Positions 19,846-32,800 of a DNA stretch of 64,000 bases are shown here, in pieces. The notes under the pieces were generated by a model. It was not told where the DNA came from and made no database searches. It saw only the letters and a list, made by a program, of their open reading frames with translations. Position 1 is the first letter of the stretch, and each line of letters begins with the position of its first letter. Made by a program: the position numbers and the translations under genes. The stretch spans positions 31,586 to 95,585 of IMG/VR virus record IMGVR_UViG_3300015050_001142; one strand, written 5' to 3'. Source of the stretch: a virus.

Positions 19846-22164
19846 ATGTCATTATACGATAGATTCCGTTTAAGCAATTCAACTGAGATCCCACGATATC
19901 AAGGATCAACTGGCCCTGAAGCAATTCAGGTAGGTAGTTATTTGCAAGGTAAGTACGATGTTGCTGAACAAGGTATTGGTACTATTGGTGATGCATCGAT
20001 GAATATTATTAATAATGCAGTACCTGAAGATCGTGAAGAAGCATTGAACTATCAAAGAGAAGTTAATAGTAAACTCGATGAATTCTCTAAACGTGGTGAT
20101 CTTGAGAACCTGGTACCTTCGGTTCAATCACTTGGTAGAAAGTTCTCAGCTAATTCTCAAGCATTCTATCAGCGTGCACAAGCTCAATCAGCCTTCCAAA
20201 AACAACTTGATGAACAGGATAAGGGTAAACCTGAAGCATTAACTCCTGAACAAAAACAGATAGCAATGATGATGGCCAGAACAAATAATGGCTCAATCAA
20301 GAAAGATGCTAATGGTAATTACATGGGTACTTGGTCAGGAGATACTATTGCTCCAAACGTTGATACCAGTAAGATCGTTGATGATGCAATGAAAGAACGT
20401 GTAATCAGTAAACATGGTTCAGAATGGTACGAGCGCCATAAGAATGATGCTACATTCAGTCGTGGTGCTGATGGAGAAATATGGATGAAACTTGGAAATA
20501 AAACTGAAAAAGAATCTCTTGGTAAAATCCATGATATTCTTAACCCAGCATTATCTAATAATCAAGCTTATCAAGCAGCTAAACAACGCGAAGGAAAGTT
20601 TGCCACATTCTTAGCTGGTAACAAAATTAAAGATCCGTCTGATTTATCTGATACTGTAACTGTTGCAGGTAAACAAGTACCAAATCCTATTAAGCAACAG
20701 GCATTACAATTATCAAAAGAGAAAGGAATTCCATTTAAAGATGCTGTTGCATCTATTGCCGGTAATATGTCTGCACAACAATTTGAGGATAATGCTTATC
20801 AATACGCATACAATAAATACTTCCAGGATGATAAACATACAACTGTAGATATGACTGCAGATCCATTTGCATTAAAGGGTACCAGAGAAGGACCGGATGA
20901 GTTCCGTATCGCTGGTGTAGGCCCGAATACTGAAGCTGGATTTGTTGGTGGTAATGTTGACCATGATATTACGCAATCTCAGAAAGCTATAAGTGGATTA
21001 CAAGATCAATTGAGTTTCAAACAAATTCAATTAGCTCAAGCTCAAAAGAATGGTCAACCTCTTGGTAATCTTGAGGCTGATATTGAAGCGTTACAAACTC
21101 AGATTAATGGTAATACTGCAATCATGAATGCAGCTACTGAAAGGAAAAATCGTGTAGCTGATGCGGCTGTACAGAAAGCTAATATTGATGATGGTACTGG
21201 AAAACCAATTACATCTTATGTACAGTTATTGAAATCTGAATTACCGAAAGTAACTGGTGAGGTACGTAAGCTTTATCCTAAAGGATTATTTATTGGTGGA
21301 ATGATTTTAAGTCCTGAGCAATTGGCTGATATTGCCATGAACAATAAAATTAAAACTATTGTACCTGCTGATGCCGGTAGTGGACCAGGAGCGATAAATT
21401 CAGCTAAAACTGCAATACAATTACCAAATGGTAAAGTAGTAGAATTTGCTAATAATTCTGAAAGAGCGAAAGTATTGAACGGATTATTACATTTGAACAC
21501 AAAAGTTCGTAATGGTGAAGTTACCAATCTTAATAAAGTAAATGAAGCTGCGAAGACTATTGATAAGACAGCATTGAAAAATTTTAGCATGACTCCAGAT
21601 GCTGTTGGATTAAATGAAGAAGAAGCTAAAGCAATCAGCCATTTTGGAATTGGCAGTGGTAAGGTTTATGAAGTACCAGGTACTATGCAGGAATATAAGA
21701 AAGCTGATATTCAGAAAATGATCTGGGAGCCTCAATCTTATAATATTCAAACTAATCGTATTCAAGGTAGGTTTAAAGATCCTGATAGTAAAGAATATAC
21801 TTCTCCAATGGAAATTGATATGCCATCGAATGTACCAAGTGAATTACGTACCCGTATTGCCAAACGCTCGAAAGGTGATCCTGCGTGGACTGGCATTGTA
21901 AAAGAGCTTGAATTAAATGGTAAAGATCCATTGAAATATATTCAACCAAATACTGGTATCACAGAACATCCAGGAAGTAAGCAACCATTGAAATTAACTG
22001 ATGGTACAAAGGTTGAATTATTCCTTGATCATCGCGGAACAACTCCTGAATGGCAGGTAAGAATACCAGGCAGTGATAAACCGGTTCGTAAACCAGATGG
22101 AAGTATTTATCGAACAACTAACCAGGCCATTGCACATTCATGGCTCGAAAGCTTAAGTAAATGA
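19846..22164 (+). CDS. Putative cargo (ejected) protein
   Basis: 772 aa helical, Cys-free, in the cargo cluster. Confidence 0.55.
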   Translation: MSLYDRFRLSNSTEIPRYQGSTGPEAIQVGSYLQGKYDVAEQGIGTIGDASMNIINNAVPEDREEALNYQREVNSKLDEFSKRGDLENLVPSVQSLGRKFSANSQAFYQRAQAQSAFQKQLDEQDKGKPEALTPEQKQIAMMMARTNNGSIKKDANGNYMGTWSGDTIAPNVDTSKIVDDAMKERVISKHGSEWYERHKNDATFSRGADGEIWMKLGNKTEKESLGKIHDILNPALSNNQAYQAAKQREGKFATFLAGNKIKDPSDLSDTVTVAGKQVPNPIKQQALQLSKEKGIPFKDAVASIAGNMSAQQFEDNAYQYAYNKYFQDDKHTTVDMTADPFALKGTREGPDEFRIAGVGPNTEAGFVGGNVDHDITQSQKAISGLQDQLSFKQIQLAQAQKNGQPLGNLEADIEALQTQINGNTAIMNAATERKNRVADAAVQKANIDDGTGKPITSYVQLLKSELPKVTGEVRKLYPKGLFIGGMILSPEQLADIAMNNKIKTIVPADAGSGPGAINSAKTAIQLPNGKVVEFANNSERAKVLNGLLHLNTKVRNGEVTNLNKVNEAAKTIDKTALKNFSMTPDAVGLNEEEAKAISHFGIGSGKVYEVPGTMQEYKKADIQKMIWEPQSYNIQTNRIQGRFKDPDSKEYTSPMEIDMPSNVPSELRTRIAKRSKGDPAWTGIVKELELNGKDPLKYIQPNTGITEHPGSKQPLKLTDGTKVELFLDHRGTTPEWQVRIPGSDKPVRKPDGSIYRTTNQAIAHSWLESLSK

Positions 22165-25100
22165 TAAACGATCTTAATGATATCTACGACCCACAACAAG
22201 TAGAGCAACCCAAACCAGTACCAAAGACAGCCGGCCCCGGACCTAAAAAACCAGTGCCGGCTGCTCCTATTGTGGAAGGGCCGGGAACACGCGCACAAAC
22301 ATCTGGAACTGATGTACCGGATTATGCTGGCTATATGCCTGAAGGTGTATACGATTCCAAAGGTGATTTAGATTTATTACGCGGTGAAAGACAATCGGGA
22401 TTTGCTAAACTTGGGATTCGTGCGGCTAATCTTATCCCCAATATGGCTGCATCTGTATTAGGTATGATCGGTTATACTGGTGCATTAGTAATGGATTGGG
22501 GAGATAACAGAGATTATTCCAATGCTTTTACTCAGGCTGCTGATGAGATGAAAGATCCATTCGGTAAAACTTATCGCAGAAGTAATGATGTATTCGCATT
22601 AAGTGATCCTACATGGTGGATAGATAATATTGCCAATCTTACCGAGATGGCGGTACCCTTTGCAGGAGAAGCAGCCCTGGTTGGTAATCTTATGAGTAAG
22701 GTTGCATCTGGTGCATCCAAATTGATGAGGCTTGGACAAACTGGTTCCCGTATAGCTCAGGGAGCTGCACAATTGGGTACTGCAGGCTTTACAGCTTATA
22801 CAGAAGCTGCTATGGATGGTGCTGGTGTATTCCAGAAAACTTATGATGCACAGGTTCAGAAATTACTTGGTAAAGGAGTGCCTGTTGATCAAGCGAAAGA
22901 ACAGGCCAAACATATCGCTGCTCAATCAGCTGCAACTACTGTACAACTCTCTACAGCAATGACAACATTGCTCAATTTATCATCTGTTGCTCCATTCTTT
23001 AAGAAATCCGAGGATGTGGTTGCTGATGTGTTAAAGAACCAAATGAAAAGAGAAGTTGGTGAAACTGTTGAACAATGGGGAAAGAGAATTAAGAACTTAC
23101 AAGCAACTCAATTCAAGGATAAATTATTTGGTAATACAAAATCAACTCTTGCGCGTGAAGCTGGTCAGGAAGGATTTGAAGAACTGGAACAATATTTCGC
23201 ACAGCGTACAGGTGAAGAAGAAGGTGAGAAGGGCACTGTACATGGATTCCTCGATCAGTTTAAACAACTGGAACATTTCTTTGATCGTACAATGGATCAA
23301 CAAGGTGCATTATCATTTGCATTAGGTGCATTCGGTGGTGTAGCTCAAACTGCATTGATACATAGTATTGTTCCATCAAAATATTCTGAGATCAATCAGG
23401 ATGGAAATAAAACTCAAGCTATTGATAAGGATGGTACACCAATGTTTGATAAGAAAGGTACCCCATTGTATGAGAGGAAATTAGTTACTCCTCGTACATA
23501 TGATCAGTGGAGTACTAATCAAACGTTCACTAATATGCGTGATGCATTAGCTACTGATATCACCAATTTCAGTAAGATGCAGAATGATTTTGTTACAGCA
23601 TCGAAAGCCGGTAATGCTGTTGAAGCAGATAAGATTCGTAATAAGATGTTCAATGTTGCTAATCTCCAGGCAATTAAAACTGGTATGGCTGAACCGTGGA
23701 TTGGTACTTATAATGATATTGCTTCTCTTGATAATACAGAATCAATTGATCCGGCTGATGAGAATGGCCCAACTGAAGCTATGCAACGTGGTTATGCAAA
23801 AGATCGTACTGATAATGAGTATAAACAAAAAGCAACTAAGGCCGCAGGTGATATTGTAAAGTACCAGAATGAATATGATAAACTGGTTAAACGATACGGT
23901 GCTCAATATGAAGGTAATAAAGGATTGATGCCTGTTATTGATAACATCTTTGCGCGTAAGGTAGCTTTGATGTCTGATAATGATACGTTGACAGAGCATG
24001 AAGAGAAGCTCAAGGTAATGGAAGCTGAGGAGAATGAGATGGTACATGTCTCTAATCCAATTGATTTTGATGCATCTCTTGGTGATTATCAGAAACAAGC
24101 TGCAGCTGCGCAGGAAGTAAGTAAACGATTGATTGCTGATCATAAATTAATTGAGAAAGCATTAGCTGATAATGATGTGGTACTCGCTAAGAAATTAGTT
24201 GAGAAATATAAAGCTGTTGGTATCAATGATAGCGATTTAGTAAGTGCATTAAAAGATCTTTCAACTAAGATCCATAAAGGAAATGAATTGCAGCTTCACA
24301 AGATGCAGCAAGCTGAGGAGAAATTAATGAATTCATCTGGATACCTGCAATGGAAAGAACATAATCCAACAAAGGAATTCAAAGATTATCGTAATGAAGT
24401 AGAAAAGAAATATAATCTTTCTGCAACTAATAATGCGTATCGTGCAAATATTGAAGAAGCTCGTGCTCAATATAATATTGCATCACAGAATTACAATGAT
24501 ATTGTGGCTGAGAAATCAGTTCACAAATTTGTATCTAAAGCCAGTAATTGGTTGAATGTATTAGAAGCTAATACTGCACGCATCCAGGCTGCAGAGCGAG
24601 CTGAGTTAGCAATTCGTGCGAAGGATAAAGCTACAATGCAAACATTGAATGGTACTGCACCTGTTGCTACAAGTGTACCAGTTACAGAAGCTGTTGAACC
24701 AGAACAGGTTGCTGAGGAGCCTGATGAGATACCAGAACCAGAAGTTGCTGTGATCACAGATGATATTCAAGATAAATTAGAAGATATTCAAGAAAGGCAA
24801 CGCAGTGATTTTGGTAATATGACTATTGCTCATCATTTAGCTCATGCACCTTTAACATCTGCAGATGGAAAGTTTGTTATAATTAAGGGTACCAAAGAGG
24901 AAGTTAAAGATCAAATTTTAGCTTTTCATGCAGCTGAAATTGCAGCTTTAGGTTTACCTGATATAGTACCACCAGTTGTAACTGATAGTCCAATCATCGC
25001 ATTACCAAATGATTCAATCGCTGAAGCCCTGCCTACAGAATTAGGAATGCACATGGGTAAGAAAACAGTTGATGTATTATCAATTGCAAACAGTACCATT

Positions 25101-26882
25101 GGCTATCATGAAGTAGAACGTAGTGGAAAGTATTATAAGATCACCGATAAAACCAAGCTCAATGAGAATACTAATCCTGATATTCTTACACCTGGCAGAT
25201 TAAATTCCGGCCATCCAATAAGATTAGAAATTGATCGTGATTATGATGGTACTGTAAACATCGATGATGAATTGATCCAGGATGAGTATGGTGAGAGAAT
25301 GCAACGTAATGAGAATACTGATCAATATTTCAAAGATGATAAAGTTGTACCTCGTCCAGAGAATATTGGTAATGTACCCATTCGTATTATCGATGTAATA
25401 ACCAATAAACCAATCGGATATGTACGTAGAGTTGATTGGGTACAGGCCAAGTATCCAAATACAACTGATTACAGAAATGTAGTTGATACATTATATGATA
25501 GTGAAGGGAATGCTACTGATAATATCGGTAAGCAAACTGCTGCATTGATGGCATTACGAAATAAAGTTGTTGAACAGTACAATGCTGGTGGTAAGCCAAC
25601 GGAAGCTAAACTCAGCGGTAAAGGAACAGGTACTTTAATAAGAAATTTATCTTTCAATGCGAATACTGAGAAAGCCAAATTAGAATTGGGTTATGCACGA
25701 TCACGTAAAGAAGAGAATAGTTTATTACCTGATTTGAGTTTGCAATTAGCTATTGTCAATAATGGTACCGCATACGTTGGTAAAGATTATCCATTCAAAG
25801 GATCGAAAGGATATGAGGAAGTGAAGTTGAATGATGGTAATATAGTTGTAATGTTACCCGGTGCGAATGGTGAGCATTTATATGCACCATTAGTTGGACA
25901 GATGTTAGCAGAGGGTACCCGCAGATCTGCAGTAGTAACAGTTGCTAAGGCGATTGAATTATTTTTAACCAATGACGGGTCAAGAGGAGACGTAGTTGAC
26001 GAAATAAAAGATTTACAGAGTAACACCGGTTTTGATATATCCACTGAAGAAGGTTTACGGAATTTTATCAATCAATATTTTACTTACACAGAATCTTTTA
26101 AAGATGTTGATACATCTCCGAATGCTACAGCTGGAGAGAAACGTGAAAGATTCTTATTCAGCATTGCAGATGCGATCGGATCTCAAACCAAAGGAAATAT
26201 TAAACTGGGATGGGCTTACTCAGGTAGACCGATCATCCAGGCTAAGTTAATTGATGGTAAGATCAACCCGGAGTTCATAGAAGCTCTTGAGGAAGGATTC
26301 AATACCCGTGCCCGCGCGGTGAACTACACTAAACCCGGTCAAGGATTAATTGGTATCAATTCTATTGGTGAGTTCAAAGATGTGATCTTTACAGTTGATG
26401 GCAAACCACGGTATACCAAGTATCCGAATTACAATGAGTATGTGAAATCATTCTCTAAAACTGCAGTGTATGGCCGCAACCAATTAAAGGATGGTACCTA
26501 TGTATACACTGCCAATCCAACAATGCCGATCGCTGTGGATACTGCAACTGAATTCCCAACACTGAATGTAACTGAGAATACAACAGGTACTGAACCAGTG
26601 GTTAATGGGCCAAAAACTTACAATGAGCAGGCTGCTGATATCTTTGATCAATTATCCAATTTCTCTATAATTCAAGCACCACCTGTTATCAGCTCCCAAG
26701 AGATTGGTACTGGCCCAGAGAATTCAGTGCCCTTAACTGAACAGAGTCTGCAGGAATTGTATAACTTTACCCCAGAGGCAAACCGCAACGGCAAAACTGT
26801 ACGCGAGGTCTATGAGCAACTGGCCAGCAATGGTCATACGTTCCTGGCTCAAGGTTACAATCCGTTTACCCGGTGCCTTTAA
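22161..26882 (+). CDS. Large cargo protein with N-terminal membrane-channel-like region
   Basis: 1573 aa; Gly/Ala-rich hydrophobic helices, EAGQEGFEELEQ and FALGAFGG motifs; directly precedes the vRNAP gene. Confidence 0.65.
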   Translation: MINDLNDIYDPQQVEQPKPVPKTAGPGPKKPVPAAPIVEGPGTRAQTSGTDVPDYAGYMPEGVYDSKGDLDLLRGERQSGFAKLGIRAANLIPNMAASVLGMIGYTGALVMDWGDNRDYSNAFTQAADEMKDPFGKTYRRSNDVFALSDPTWWIDNIANLTEMAVPFAGEAALVGNLMSKVASGASKLMRLGQTGSRIAQGAAQLGTAGFTAYTEAAMDGAGVFQKTYDAQVQKLLGKGVPVDQAKEQAKHIAAQSAATTVQLSTAMTTLLNLSSVAPFFKKSEDVVADVLKNQMKREVGETVEQWGKRIKNLQATQFKDKLFGNTKSTLAREAGQEGFEELEQYFAQRTGEEEGEKGTVHGFLDQFKQLEHFFDRTMDQQGALSFALGAFGGVAQTALIHSIVPSKYSEINQDGNKTQAIDKDGTPMFDKKGTPLYERKLVTPRTYDQWSTNQTFTNMRDALATDITNFSKMQNDFVTASKAGNAVEADKIRNKMFNVANLQAIKTGMAEPWIGTYNDIASLDNTESIDPADENGPTEAMQRGYAKDRTDNEYKQKATKAAGDIVKYQNEYDKLVKRYGAQYEGNKGLMPVIDNIFARKVALMSDNDTLTEHEEKLKVMEAEENEMVHVSNPIDFDASLGDYQKQAAAAQEVSKRLIADHKLIEKALADNDVVLAKKLVEKYKAVGINDSDLVSALKDLSTKIHKGNELQLHKMQQAEEKLMNSSGYLQWKEHNPTKEFKDYRNEVEKKYNLSATNNAYRANIEEARAQYNIASQNYNDIVAEKSVHKFVSKASNWLNVLEANTARIQAAERAELAIRAKDKATMQTLNGTAPVATSVPVTEAVEPEQVAEEPDEIPEPEVAVITDDIQDKLEDIQERQRSDFGNMTIAHHLAHAPLTSADGKFVIIKGTKEEVKDQILAFHAAEIAALGLPDIVPPVVTDSPIIALPNDSIAEALPTELGMHMGKKTVDVLSIANSTIGYHEVERSGKYYKITDKTKLNENTNPDILTPGRLNSGHPIRLEIDRDYDGTVNIDDELIQDEYGERMQRNENTDQYFKDDKVVPRPENIGNVPIRIIDVITNKPIGYVRRVDWVQAKYPNTTDYRNVVDTLYDSEGNATDNIGKQTAALMALRNKVVEQYNAGGKPTEAKLSGKGTGTLIRNLSFNANTEKAKLELGYARSRKEENSLLPDLSLQLAIVNNGTAYVGKDYPFKGSKGYEEVKLNDGNIVVMLPGANGEHLYAPLVGQMLAEGTRRSAVVTVAKAIELFLTNDGSRGDVVDEIKDLQSNTGFDISTEEGLRNFINQYFTYTESFKDVDTSPNATAGEKRERFLFSIADAIGSQTKGNIKLGWAYSGRPIIQAKLIDGKINPEFIEALEEGFNTRARAVNYTKPGQGLIGINSIGEFKDVIFTVDGKPRYTKYPNYNEYVKSFSKTAVYGRNQLKDGTYVYTANPTMPIAVDTATEFPTLNVTENTTGTEPVVNGPKTYNEQAADIFDQLSNFSIIQAPPVISSQEIGTGPENSVPLTEQSLQELYNFTPEANRNGKTVREVYEQLASNGHTFLAQGYNPFTRCL

Positions 26883-26888
26883 TAATCT

Positions 26889-29800
26889 ATGGCATGTTCC
26901 CACCTGGCTCCCAATGGAGAAAAATCACTGTTATATGATCAGTTAGAGCAGAAGTATGGTCCAGAGAAAGCCCATGAAATCTGGGATTTGGTACGTACCC
27001 AACAGTTTCTGAATAAACATGGGGACTGGAATGCCTATACTCCTGTTAAAACAGAATTATTTAAAGGTTTCTGGACAAGGGAACAGATTGAGAAGCAAAC
27101 TGATAAGGTATTCTTGTTTGGAGATAATACAAATGATCGGATGCATACAAAGTATGTTCCAACTTCTACACAGGCTGTAATACGTGGTTTACCAAATGCA
27201 ATTGGAATTGATACAAAAAGAGATAGAGGTACCACAAAAGCATCTTACTTTTCAGATAATGATTTAAATGTTTTTGAATTACAATTAGCTCAAGCTTTAA
27301 ACAAAGCTATTGATAGTGGTAAAATTATTGTAATACCCGCAGATGGAATTGGTACTGGTAAAGCAATGCTTAAGGAAAAAGCTCCAAAGTTATTCGAGTA
27401 TTTAGTTGATCAACTACAAAAATTACAAACTTCAATATTAGATGCTAACGGTGAACCTACAATTGATTGGGTACAGAAAACTCTTAATCTAACTGAGCCA
27501 ACTATTGAACAACAGAAAGAGATTATAGAAATATCTTTTGAACCAAAGGAGAATGAGAAAGCTAAGTACAGAAGTACAAGAGATTCAGAACAGATAATTT
27601 CTCAGAAGATCACAGATTTAATTCTTACTGCAACAGATAATCCTAATAAGCAATATAAGTTTAATTACCTGTTCACTGAATCAGGAAGTTTAAAGAGTGG
27701 GTATACGGTTAAAGAATTAGCGAATCTGATTGATCAATTTGATCTTCCATCGAATATTGTATTACCAGAAGCTTATCACAATCTGGTACGTAATTCTTCT
27801 AAGAGAATTATTGAACAGTTTCAATCAAATACGCCTGTTGAATTTCTTAATAGAAACGAGGAAGCGTTACAACTGGATATTGCCCGTATACTGGTACCCA
27901 AAGTTGATGCTAATGGTAAAACTCAAGGATATTTTACACCGGTACAGTACCAGGAGATTACTGATTCAATTGTTTCAGGTGTTCAATTAATACTGAGACA
28001 AGATCCAAATCAAAAAGCTAATGCAGTAATTAAAGCTATATATGCATTTGATCAAGGTAGAAGAAAACTTGAATCACTAAATAGCAAACCAGAGTTACAA
28101 GAAACATTAGGATTTATCCACAATCAGCGTGTAAGATTTGCTGAAGCTGCTATTAAACGATTATCTGATTATGGATTAAGTATTACTGATAAGAGTAAAG
28201 CCACGATCCTGAAGGCGGTACAATTGGTTCAACCATTAGCTGAACAACAGAAACAAGATTTCATTACAGCCAATCCAGGCATTGATGCAGATCAGATTGA
28301 TGAAGCAACTGGTGAATTTATTGAGGCGCAGGGCCGTGGATTAAAAGATTGGAATGATGTGGTGTTTGAACTCGATCCAAAGGATACAGCATCAGCCAGG
28401 ATTAAAATGTTCATCGCTACACTACCGGAAACCGATCGCGGTATATATAATGTTGATAAAGATGGTGTAGAGATATTCCCAGCAGCGATCAGAGTTGGAG
28501 ACAAAACCCTGGGCAACTATATTGAAGAATTGGGTCCATCACTGGCATTTAACAAGTGGAAGCAATTGGATATCAATGGATTACAACGGACAATCCGTGA
28601 GACAAACAGAAAGACTTTTTGGATGCAAAATGAAGAATTGTCTAAGGAATTTGCCAAGTTCTTAAACAATAATTTCCCAATGATCGCCAAAGAGAACTTC
28701 TTAGGCATGAAGAAATTGGTTGATTTCGAGGCTACATTCGACAATCTGTTACAGCTATTGGCCGATAAAAAGGCTGATTTCGCCGATTATATGAAGACTC
28801 TGGAAGATTCAGGGAAACCAAATCTCCAGTACCTGGTCAATGAGATGCGTAATGCTGATCCTCAGCTACAGAAAGAGTTCATGAAGGTTATGACCAAACA
28901 GTACCAGAACTTCACTATGGTACTCTTTAACCGTGATGCGGCCGGTTATACATTCAAGCTTCTCAATGCAAACAGGTACTCTCAAAAGAATAGTCTTATT
29001 AAGAATTGGCAGGAAGAGCAGAAACTTTCTGAGATGGTTATCATCAATGATCAGGGAGAACGTGTATTCGATGTAGAACGCGCACATGAACGTTGGATTC
29101 CAATGCTGGCCCGCGCACAACGTATTAACGATTGGGGAATAAAAGAGAATAAATCCTGGGCGATTAAATCGATGGGTAATATTCTTCGTGTATCAGGTAT
29201 CGATATAAGCGAGGAAATGGTTACAGATCTGTTTGATAACATGGAGAAATGGACCAAGGGTACCACATTCACAGGCGGTATTGGAAGACAATTCTCTGTA
29301 ACTCAAACCGGTGAACCTAATGGCTTGTTTTCTGCATTCATTATGAAAGCTGCAGGAGTAAGCAATGTAAATGATCTTGATATCGATGAAGAAACAACTG
29401 CAAGAGCTGAACAGAATAATCCTTTATACACTGAAAAAACTGCAATGCAGATATTAGCATCAGTTGTTGCTAAACATACCCCTGTATTACACTCATCAAA
29501 TCACAAATCAGTTGAAGGTAAAAGTGTTTGGGATTTTGGTTTAAATACTAAGCTCTCACATAAGTTCCGTGATATGACTGAGAACTTTGAAGAATTCAAG
29601 AAGATTCAACTACAGATTGATATTGCGAAAGATAGTTGGTTGTTGAATGCAATTAATAATACTCCAAAGTACCTGGAAAAAATGCAATTAGCTTATCTCG
29701 ATGGAGTTAAACCTGAATGGTCTAAACGTGGAACTACTCGTTCTGATATGAGTGATCGTGAACAGTTATTAACTGCAGTTTCGTTATTTCAGAATAAAGG

Positions 29801-32800
29801 ATATGGGTTCAATAAGATTCCAGTAGCAAACTATTTATCGCTTACTCATGCTGATAAAACTATGGCTCCGTTATATATGAATATGCCCAAATTGAATATG
29901 GGCGCATATGATTCGGTACCCGATACTATAACCGGTAAGATTGGATCAGCAATGTACAATGTATTCAGCAGTGAACATCAGCGTATTGTTAAGCAATCTA
30001 ATATTGATTTCAACAGTAAACAATATGATCAGGGAAAAAAGTTATTCTATTTCTTACCTGAATTCAATTATGATTCAATGAAGGAATTAGCTCGTCAGGG
30101 AATTATATCTCAAGGCGAGTTTAAATCTTTATGGGTAGATGGTCAACGTGTATTGTCTCCTATCATCCGTGCTGATAAGGAGTTGATTGTAATCAATAAA
30201 ATCATTCAGCGTCATTTAGATTCATTAGTTGCTAATACATTACAGCAATGGAAAGATACTGGTATAGTTTCTGAAGAGGGTACCATGTTCGATAAGAAAT
30301 ATATCAAACAGGTACTGTATGCTAACGGAATTAAATCAAGTAAGAAAGCTGCCAATGTTATTGAATCATTTACAGATAAGACAGGTAATAAACTTCATGC
30401 TAAACAAGTACAGGATATTATTGTACAAACTGCAGCAAAGGATTTCGCATGGAATTATTTCTTATTCAATACAGCATTAAGTCAATTGATGTATGGTGAT
30501 CCTGCGCTTACTTATAAAGCTGCAAAAGGAAAGAATCTTACTGATATGGACCATGTGAATAGTACCATGAAGGAATATGCTAAAAGATTGGCCAAAGACA
30601 TAGCGCCGGGGCAAGATCCGTACTGGCTTCCGAATGAGAAAACTTATAATACTATTACTCTGGCCGATGTTAAGACAGCAGAGAAATACATGTATAAATT
30701 CAGTGAAAGCTTATACGATTCCTATTCTGATGTTGAAGGCACAGATGCTCAGGAATTAACTACAGTTAAGGAACATATTCGTGTAATGCGAGCAATGGGT
30801 ACCATCTCTGAAACAACATTCAATGAGATGATGGATATTATCAATAAAGCCAAAGGTGGGTACTATGAATTCACTAAACCTGAACATCTGGCTATTGTAT
30901 TACAACCAATGAAACCAGTATACTCTGGTACACGTTTACCACAAAATGGTGCTCAACTTGAAGACTATATCAAGACTTCATCTTATCCATTATACCCACC
31001 ATTAACAGCAGGATTGGAGATTGATAAGTTTCGTAAGTTGATGGAAGATACCAATATCGATCGTGCTAATTATGCATCAGGAAAGAAGATTGGATTACCA
31101 GCGCAGTCATTAGAAATATTCACTCCAGAAGGAAAGTTTATCGATCCGGTTGGTGATGTAGTAGTTAAAGCAACTCAACAATTATCTCGTGATGGATTCC
31201 GTATTCAGCAAGAGGTACCCTATGATGAAAATAAGGAAGAGATCCGAACTGTATCTCAAATGAATAAGCTTATTGTTGAAGGTATTGGTGATATCAAAGG
31301 ATTTGAAGTACCGGGATATGGTAAGATGGATGGCACTCAAATTCGTGAATTGAAAGAGAATATTCGTAAGCAGATGATCAATATCGGCTATACGAATTTC
31401 AAGAATAAATTCAATGTAGATCCTGTATCATTAGTTATTCAGAATAAGAACAAAGTATATGATATGCTTGCCGATGAAGCAGAAGCTAAAGGATATACTT
31501 TGAATGAACGCCAAGCATTACTTATCCGTGATAAGGATGGAGAATTGGCAATTCCACTCATTTACAATACTGCAGCTGATAAGCTTGAGAGTATGATGAT
31601 GAGTTTGGTTAAGAAGATTGTTGATATTAAAGTACCCGGTAAATCATTTATTCAGGCATCTTCTGTTGGGTTTACTCGTGATAATATTCGTACTGAAGAT
31701 TCAATTGATAAATCCCAGGTTGTTTGGCTTGATGGATATGATGGTACCGCATTGAAAACTGTTCATCTCGGTGAAGATGGTACAGTACAAGCCGCACAGG
31801 TATTGGTACCCTTTAATTTTATGGATGAAGATGGTAATAGATTGAATGTACAGGACTTTATGATTGAACGTGATGGTCGTAAATACCTGGATACTGAACG
31901 TGTACCAAAAGAATTGATACAGATGATTGGTGCCCGTATTCCCAACCAGGGCCATAACTCTATGCTTCCAATCGAGATAGTAGGATTCTTACCAGCTAAT
32001 GCTGGCGATCTTATTATTGTACCATCAGCTATCACTAAGCAAATGGGTGCAGATTTCGATGTGGATAAATTATTCTGTTATCGTAGACCATATACATATA
32101 ATCCTGAAACTAAAATATTCTTACCTACTCGTGCAGAAGGTACTGAATATGAATTTGAAGACCAATTACAAACAGCTTATTTCGATGTACACTGGAGTAT
32201 TCTTACTCATCCTGAAATGCTTGAGAAGGTATTGAAACCTCTTGATAAACCAGATCTAAAAGAAGAAGCAGCTAAGATTAAAGTTCCTCAACCGAATAAT
32301 TACTACGATGTAATTACTCAGTTGAGTGAATTCCAGTCCGGTAAAGATGCGAAAGCATTAGTTGGATTAACATCTCTTTCTGTAACATTCAATGCTGTAA
32401 TTCAAGATAAAGGATTACATCTTATGAAGATTGAAGAAAATATAAATGATGAAGGTGGAATGCAAATGGCTTTTGTACGAGATTATATCTCTGTGCTTGG
32501 AGCTAATGGTGAAGAAATTAAACTCACTAATCTTTCTGGTAATGGTACCAGTGAATATAATGGAGAAAAAAGAACTAAGCATGATAACCATACAACTGTT
32601 CAATCTGGTGCGGTAGATAATGCCAAAGAGAGAACTCTTGATAAACCTAATATTACTACTAATACATTCCGCGCAATTGATGCAATGAACCAGTTAGAAG
32701 ATGAGAATGGTTATGCATTAGATTTATCTTATGGTGTTGGATTATTATCTCAACCAATTATTCGTGCATTTGATCAGATGATGAAACGTGGTAATGATTC

